Assembly: GCA_963826305.1 (NCBI GenBank)
Contig: CAWGWZ010000004.1
Location: 123,030-163,029, forward strand
Direction of reading: 5' to 3'
Length of the DNA stretch: 40,000 nucleotides
Origin: an uncultured delta proteobacterium
GTDB lineage: Bacteria; Desulfobacterota; BSN033; UBA1163
Part shown: positions 34,943 through 40,000 of the stretch, piece by piece
How the letters are laid out: each line of letters opens with the position of its first letter
How positions within the stretch are numbered: position 1 is the first letter of the stretch
The notes under the pieces: model-generated
The model's input: the letters and a program-made list of their open reading frames with translations, nothing else
Databases searched by the model: none
Told to the model about the DNA's origin: nothing
Position numbers and translations under genes: made by a program

Positions 34943-35194
34943 TCATGATTCGATGTTGCCTTTTTCCAATATTGGCTGGAAGTCTTCCGAGGCCATAATA
35001 TCGTCGATGACAGACTTTCTAAAGGCCTGCCGATCCCCAAGCCTCCTATTCGCCTCTAACACCTCGATGCCTGCCAGATTTCCCTCTTCATCATAGTCTG
35101 CTGAAATCCCTTCTGCAACATGTTTTGTTGTCACGATCGCCTCTCTAAAACGAATATAGAGTGCATCTGCTTCTGGATCATAGGTTATTCTCAT
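34943..35194 (-). CDS. DUF2283-domain protein
   Basis: MRITYDPEADALYIRFRE...ISADYDEEGNLAGIEVLEA, the DUF2283 core. No adjacent partner gene. Confidence 0.8.
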   Translation of the reverse strand: MRITYDPEADALYIRFREAIVTTKHVAEGISADYDEEGNLAGIEVLEANRRLGDRQAFRKSVIDDIMASEDFQPILEKGNIES

Positions 35195-35263
35195 TGGAAC
35201 CTCCTTCGATGACGAACAGATGCTGCTTAAGTGATTAAGGTGTCAGCTCATTGGGTCATTGCG

Positions 35264-36073
35264 TCATTGGGTGTTCGGGGAAACCGATTCGTTTAACTTT
35301 TCCTGGGGGATTTTCGGCTCGCTGCCAACCATCACTCCAAATTCAATCTCCTTGATATGCTCCCTGGATAAGGAAAGAGTTGTCTTTGTAAGAAGAGTGA
35401 TCTTGACCTGTGATTCAGAGATATTCCCTGTCAGTTTGTCACCATATTTAGAATAAAGGCTATCCAACTCTCTCTCTTTTTGAATCTTCCCGGGTGTTCC
35501 AAAAGAAACACGGAGAATATCTTCCTTCTTAAAAGAGAGAGTACCATAGCTCGTTCTGATTGAAACGATTTCATTCAAGAGGTTTCCGATCAGCACATCT
35601 CCATTTCTCAGGACGATCTTATCGACCTCTTTTGAGATGGAATTAAACACCGCATAGGTCTCTTTGACAGATGGCTCTTCTTTCTTTCCCCCTTCCCCAG
35701 CATCTCGAAGCAAAAAGACTTTTTTTATCTTTTCAAAGGGAATCGACCACTGCCCAAAATCCGACCTTCCCTTGAAAGAGAAAAGTTGCCTGACCTGAAA
35801 GGAATCTTTTCCCCCATTCGGTAAGAGAACCTCGACCCAGCAGTTTTGGCCTATCCGCATGATCTCAAAAGAAGAGATATCCTTCCAGTCAAGCGTGGAG
35901 GTCCCCCCTTTCCAATCTACATAGAAATGTTGCCTGCCTTCCATCGAAAAGTCCTTGATCGTTAAGACCTCCCCATCGATTGTCTCAACCCGGGCATTCA
36001 AGGCCAGAACACCATTGAATGGAATAAAGAGTAGAACCAAGATGAGAAGCGTTTGAAAGGGAAGAGATTTCAT
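35264..36073 (-). CDS. Exported protein of unknown function
   Basis: 269 aa with signal-like MKSLPFQTLLILVLLFIPFNGVLA. Internal repeats of a ..G(D)xLxGxL..I.I.T..G.L.F....I..I.F pattern. Confidence 0.65.
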   Translation of the reverse strand: MKSLPFQTLLILVLLFIPFNGVLALNARVETIDGEVLTIKDFSMEGRQHFYVDWKGGTSTLDWKDISSFEIMRIGQNCWVEVLLPNGGKDSFQVRQLFSFKGRSDFGQWSIPFEKIKKVFLLRDAGEGGKKEEPSVKETYAVFNSISKEVDKIVLRNGDVLIGNLLNEIVSIRTSYGTLSFKKEDILRVSFGTPGKIQKERELDSLYSKYGDKLTGNISESQVKITLLTKTTLSLSREHIKEIEFGVMVGSEPKIPQEKLNESVSPNTQ

Positions 36074-36311
36074 AAAAGCTCCTTTGTCATCATTAAGTCA
36101 ATGGATCATTAAAGGCGGAAAGAAGGGCGTATATTAATCTTCTGCGCTAAAGAAGCGAATCAGAGAAGGTATAAAATAAAAGGCAGCAAACAGACCTAAT
36201 AGGATGGCGAAAAATTAATTTCCAGTATTTGCGCCAGAAGTTTTTGAATCGATGTCTGACTCTTCTCGAAAAGAGATTTTTTCTTCTTTTTTATAGCCTG
36301 ACTTGGAGAGT

Positions 36312-36467
36312 GTCATTGAGTCATTGAGTCAATAACAAGCTCAAAGTAAATTAAGCTCAAAGCTGAAAGCTCAAAGCAAAACCCTAAACATAGCTGAAAG
36401 GTCAAAGCTCAAAGCAAAGCGATAAATCCTCAGCTCAAAGCTGAAAGCTAACGAGTCATTGAGTTCA
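36312..36467. repeat. 8-mer/7-mer composite block
   Basis: gtcattgagtcattgagtcaataacaagctcaaag..agctcaaagctgaaagctcaaagc..tagctgaaaggtcaaagctcaaagcaaagc..cagctcaaagctgaaagcta..gtcattgag. Confidence 0.85.
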
Positions 36468-36740
36468 TGACACGGTGATAGAGAGTCTGGAAAAGGGCAG
36501 GCTGACCCCGTGCAAACTTTGGCGATTTCGGCTAAACGTCTTCTTGAATTGTGCCAGATGGCTGGGCAAAATAGCCTTAAACAAAGGAAATAGGTCATTG
36601 TGTCACTAAGTCATTGGTTATTTACAATATAAAATAATTGAATAACCTGATTGTCTGATCACTTAACGATTTATCCGAACTGCTAACTTAATGACTCAAT
36701 AACTCAATAACTCAGTAACCAATCACTTTATTCTCACTCA

Positions 36741-37251
36741 TCAGGCTGCCTTTTTGATCTGCCACTGTGATATCTGGACAGGAACATCCACACCGATCAG
36801 ACTCAGTAGAATCCTGACTCGTCCACTATCCGACATCTTCTTATGAAAAATCCCCACTAGATCCTTCGAGGGACCAGAGGTGATCTGAATCAGATCACCC
36901 TCTTTCCAGTCCTCTTCCAGCTTTATAAGGTTACCCGTTCCCACTCTCTCCCTGATCGCCCCCGACCACTCTTTCAGAAATAGAAACCGGCCCATCTCCC
37001 GCTCCGAGAATTTTACTCACCCCCCTTGTCCACTTCACCTTATCGTAATGAAATTTAATGTCGAGCCTGGCAAAGAGATAGTTTGGAAAGAAGGGTTTAA
37101 TTCTCTGAACCATCTTTCCCTTAGACACTGATAGGTCTGGATCAGCGGAAGAAGGTTTCAATCTCCTGGTTAAAAAGATGGGATTCAACACGATGTTCAT
37201 CCCCTGCCTTGGTCTGGACAACATACCAATCTCTTGAGTTGATTTCGTCAA
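36741..37251 (-). pseudogene. NusG/RfaH-like transcription antiterminator paralog, at least 3 frameshifts
   Basis: The pieces lie in three frames: WYVVQTKAGDEHRVESHLFNQEIETFF (alt frame about 37150-37230), then KGKMVQRIKPFFPNYLFARLD..WTRGVSKILG, then the KOW part AIRERVG..WKEGDLIQITSGPSKDLVGIFHKKMSDSGRVRILLSLIG. One break is at the C5 run 36959-36963. Confidence 0.75.
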
Positions 37252-37261
37252 TAACGTTCAG

Positions 37262-37378
37262 TTAGTTCGGGTGGTTCATTAAGTTACGATCGTTTATTCC
37301 TTTTTCTAAGTCTCTTCGGTTTCTCTGGTCCATTTGGGTTGTCTGGTTTCTCCCGCTTCTTTCGTCCGTTTCGTTCCT
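37262..37378. repeat. Nonamer array forming the 3' tail of the ligase-like pseudogene
   Basis: ..cggtttctc tggtccatt tgggttgtc tggtttctc ccgcttctt tcgtccgtt tcgttcc... Read as the charged tail ..KERNGRKKREKPDNPNGPEKPKR... Confidence 0.75.
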
Positions 37379-38393
37379 TGGATGGATATGGCACCGGCCG
37401 TCGCCAAGAGAAAGGTGAAGAGAAAGGCGTTGGCAGGGACCTGTATGTTCCTCTCCACAATGCTATGAAACAACAGTGCCAGAATCCCCACCAGACAACC
37501 CATCCCGATATATCTTCTGGCTCTCTGGAGGAAAGGGAACGAATCCCAGAAACTCCCTTATAAAAGAGAATCAAGAAGAAAATCAAGAGCAAGCCTATGC
37601 CGATGATTCCAACGTCAGAAGCGAGCTGGAGAAAATCATTCTCTGCATGGGTCACCATCCCGTGTATGTGAAAAGACCGATACATCGGAAAGATCTGAGC
37701 GAAGGTTCCAAGGCCTGACCCAAAAAGAGGGAAGTCCTTGAAGATCTGGAAAGTGCTGACCCAGATCTTCCATCTCTCTTCGAAACCTTCCGAGAGACTG
37801 AAGAAACGGCTGATCACCGCATCGAGCCAAATCCATGCTGCCCAGAGCAGGGCTAAACCGAAGAGCAAAACCGAGGTTTTAGAAAATCTCTTTTCCCTCC
37901 GGGGATTACCTGTAAAGGAGGCTGATCAGACTGAATGAGAGGAGGAGGCTCATGATTCCCATTCTCGATGCCGAGAGAAGAAGAGCAAGGATCATCACAA
38001 CGATACCAAAGGCGATCAGAAGGGCCTTTCCGTCAAAGACCAAATCGCCAACACCTAAACCGACTTTTTTGAAAGCCCTCACGTGAAAAGAGGAAGCCCA
38101 TACTTAAAGGAATGACCATAGAGGAGGTAACCTGCAAAGTAGTTACGGTTGATGAAGGTTCCGGTGACCGAGGACACAAGGGATGATACATCAAGGTTCA
38201 GAATATGGCGATGCCCGCTGAAGAATTAGAACATGCCATAAAGGGATTCGGCGATACCGACCAGCATCACAACAGGAACCAGGTGGTGCATGTCCCTCCG
38301 ATCAGAAGGTCTCCAATTTAAAAGAAAGAGGAAGAATCCCGAGAGGGCAAACCATTTGAAGAATTCGATCCGGGTGGCAAAGGGAAAGAGAGA

Positions 38394-38430
38394 AAGCTGA
38401 AAGGTCAAAGGTGAAAGGTCAAAGGTCAAG
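38394..38430. repeat. Heptamer array inside the ligase-like pseudogene
   Basis: agctgaa aggtcaa aggtgaa aggtcaa aggtcaa gg, read in gene sense as ..LTFDLSPLTFQLSL... Confidence 0.85.
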
Positions 38431-38547
38431 GAATCCCGCAAGGTAAAAGTCTTTGGGGAAATGATCTTAACAACGCCTGATGGAAGAGGGATCATCTGAA
38501 ATAGAACAAGAAGAAGAAAAAGGGAGAGAAGAATAAAGCAAATGGAG

Positions 38548-38680
38548 AGTTCGAAGTTCGAAGTTCGGAGTTTAAACTTCTTGCGGAATGCGGCCGCCTA
38601 CGCTCGGAGAGCTTCGGCGGCCAAGGATTGCGCTCGCCCTCCGAAGCTTTAGCGCAGGAGGGGAATGCGGATTGCGGAGG
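38548..38680. repeat. About 130-bp repeat-derived insertion in the ligase-like pseudogene (GTTCGAA and GATTGCG heptads flanking an imperfect ~15-bp inverted repeat)
   Basis: gttcgaagttcgaagttcggag .. cggagagcttcggcgg / cctccgaagctttagcg .. gaatgcggattgcggagg. Translated through as ..PPQSAFPSCAKASEGERNPWPPKLSERRRPHSARSLNSELRTSNS... Confidence 0.7.
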
Positions 38681-38830
38681 TAAGACTGACTTCTGGATGG
38701 TCCAGAGGATGATCATTAAAAGGATGCCCAGTTCCATCACGGAGAAGGCCCAGAGATCGGCCGCCCCGAAGACGATGGGAGTGAAGGCAAGGAGAAAGAT
38801 AAGGATAAATTTTATGAAATCGTTAATCAT

Positions 38831-39135
38831 AGTTGAAAGCTCAAAGTTGAAAGCTCAAAGCAAATACCGCTAATCATAGCTGAAAACTCAAAGCAAATAC
38901 CGCTAACCATAGCTGAAAGCTCAAAGCTGAAAGCTCAAAGTTCAAAGCTCAAAGCAAATACCGCTAACCATAGCTGAAAACTCAAAGCTGAAAGCTCAAA
39001 GCAAATACCGCTAACCATAGCTGAAAACTCAAAGCGAAAGAACACAATAAATAATAGCTCAAACTTCAAACCCCAAAGCAAAACAAAAAAATAAAAACCC
39101 AAAGTTCAAAACAAAAGATAAAAAAGCTCAAAACA
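38831..39135. repeat. Higher-order tandem array: 18-nt anchor GCAAATACCGCTAAYCAT x4 separated by variable numbers of AGCTSAA heptamers, decaying into A-rich CAAA repeats
   Basis: Anchors start at 38860, 38893, 38954 and 39001. The spacings of 33, 61 and 47 nt differ by multiples of 7. Confidence 0.9.
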
Positions 39136-39138
39136 AGA

Positions 39139-39482
39139 CTAAACATTTTTATTTGAACTTGAGTTGATCAGTCCTTTGAGCATTGATGCTATTTCCTTGC
39201 CATGAGTTTCAAGTTTTGAATAGCATTGATCAGATATCCACTTTTTCCGTCTAAAAATTTCAAGTAATGTCATTGTTTCGTAAAGAGACCCCGCGATATG
39301 TAACGATATTGTACAAACTCCTTTCTTGAAAATCGGCCCTTCCCTTCGGCAATATTCATTGATATGCTTGCGGAACTTCCTTCTATCTGTTCTAACAGAC
39401 GATAATGCTTTCGATCAGTTGATATGTTCTCAACCACTCCAATCACTTCGACAGCAAATTCGACAAGCTCGATTCCAAACAT
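39139..39482 (-). pseudogene. Four-helix-bundle protein (23S rRNA IVS protein family), frameshifted at a G-run near 39288-39291
   Basis: ORF 39270..39482 gives ..NIAEGKGRFSRKEFVQYRYISRGLFTKQ*. One base out of frame it continues GSLYETMTLLEIFRRKKWISDQCYSKLETHGKEIASMLKGLINSS..* to 39139. Confidence 0.75.
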
Positions 39483-39591
39483 TTAAATCCTCATATCCAA
39501 ATTTCACCTAAGACTCCTTTAGGCTTTGAGCTTTAGGCAGTGACACCTAATTCTCTTTCTAACCTACGCATTTGCGCGTTACACCGTGACT

Positions 39592-40000
39592 CTATAGGGG
39601 TATGGGTTCGGGGACATCGGGCCTTCGGCCTTCGAGGATGGCTCGTGGATAGTCCGAGACCATCTTTCGAGCTTCTTCTTTACCTACGATCTTCTCGGCC
39701 GCTCTAAGACCCTCTGAGAGGATCGGCGACCTTCCATTGACGGAATGGGCATCGGAGGCAATAAAATGAACAAGCCGTTTCTTCACGAGCTTTTCAACGC
39801 CCCTCCTCACCCCATGCCCGAACCCACCGGTTAAACTCATTGCCGTCACCTGACCGAGACAGCCCATTCTGATCATTTCATAGTATCGCTTGGGTCTATC
39901 CAAAATCTCCAGATTTCTCTCTGGGTGACTGATAATCGGAATAATCTCCCTCGTCATTAATCGAAAAAGAATATCTTCTGTACGATAAGGGATCCCTTGG
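39592..40000 (-). CDS. CpsB/YwqE-type PHP-family protein-tyrosine phosphatase, C-terminal part (5' end beyond the right edge)
   Basis: ..IISHPERN.., ..QVTAMSLTGGFG.., ..HFIASDAHS... The frame stays open upstream of the listed Met to base 40000 (..QGIPYRTEDILFRLMTRE). Confidence 0.8.
   Translation of the reverse strand, partial: QGIPYRTEDILFRLMTREIIPIISHPERNLEILDRPKRYYEMIRMGCLGQVTAMSLTGGFGHGVRRGVEKLVKKRLVHFIASDAHSVNGRSPILSEGLRAAEKIVGKEEARKMVSDYPRAILEGRRPDVPEPIPL

Larger units (their letters stand above)
37284..38830 (-). pseudogene. O-antigen ligase/polymerase (Wzy_C) family gene, multiply disrupted
   Basis: Fragments in different frames: MINDFIKFILIFLLAFTPIVFG.., MIPLPSGVVKIISP.., GTFINRNYFAGYLL (directly after in-frame TAA 38226-38228), ..RWKIWVSTFQIFKDFPLFGSGLGTFAQIF..HAENDFLQLASDVGIIG.., ..LVGILALLFHSIVERNIQVPANAFLF. 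There are also short-repeat insertions. Confidence 0.75.

Noticed and set aside
34943-35194. DUF2283 gene as half of a ninth TA pair in blocks 3-4
   Set aside because: No DUF4258-like or other toxin ORF is adjacent on either side; both flanks are pure short-repeat spacer. It is reported only as an orphan DUF2283 gene.
36371-36598. 75-aa minus-strand ORF in the 36.1-36.7 kb spacer
   Set aside because: Half of it is translated heptamer repeat (..FSFELRIYRFALSFDLS..), and there is no RBS or family signal. The spacer may hold tiny remnants of other genes (e.g. ..DPVQTLAISAKRLLELCQMAG.. on the plus strand, and a hydrophobic ..FFAILLGLFAAFYFIPSLIRFF.. on the minus strand around 36150-36220), but none is supportable as a gene.
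38831-39135. Regularly spaced ~18-30-nt repeat (..CAAAGCAAATACCGCTAACCATAGCTGAAA..) that superficially resembles a small CRISPR array
   Set aside because: The 'spacers' are only 0-35 nt and consist of the same AGCTSAA heptamer. Spacing differences are exact multiples of 7, there is no unique spacer content and no cas genes. It is a higher-order tandem repeat.

Overview
Prokaryotic window; every convincing gene is on the minus strand. All calls come from reading the ORF track and my own hand translations, with no database search. There are four blocks.

(1) 1-22.9 kb: a surface-polysaccharide (O-antigen/EPS-type) cluster. It encodes a DegT aminotransferase, a split transketolase, a TylF-like and three other methyltransferases, an initiating sugar-phosphate transferase, four GT4 and two GT2 glycosyltransferases (one is a tandem-duplicate fusion), AsnB, a Wzy-like polymerase, a Wzx flippase and a 719-aa exported protein.

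(2) 22.9-32.1 kb: eight co-oriented two-gene toxin-antitoxin cassettes (RelE/ParE x2, VapBC x2, HicAB x3, DUF433/DUF5615) plus a complete group II intron.

(3) 32.1-34.7 kb: GDP-fucose genes. fcl is intact. gmd keeps its frame but carries two in-frame stop codons. A four-helix-bundle (23S rRNA IVS protein family) gene sits between them.

(4) 34.9-40 kb: DUF2283, an exported unknown protein, and a heavily decayed second polysaccharide locus (NusG/RfaH-like gene, O-antigen-ligase-like gene, a second four-helix-bundle gene), then an intact CpsB-type phosphatase running off the right edge.

The most unusual signal is a repeat layer. Tandem 6-, 7-, 8- and 9-mers fill almost every intergenic spacer of blocks 2-4, are absent from the 5.8-22.8 kb core, and occur inside coding sequences in frame-preserving lengths. 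Two conserved boxes mark the cassette junctions: Box A (about 48 bp, 4 copies) and Box B (about 32 bp, at least 9 copies). The group II intron interrupts one Box B copy. No tRNA, rRNA, CRISPR array or recombinase gene was seen.
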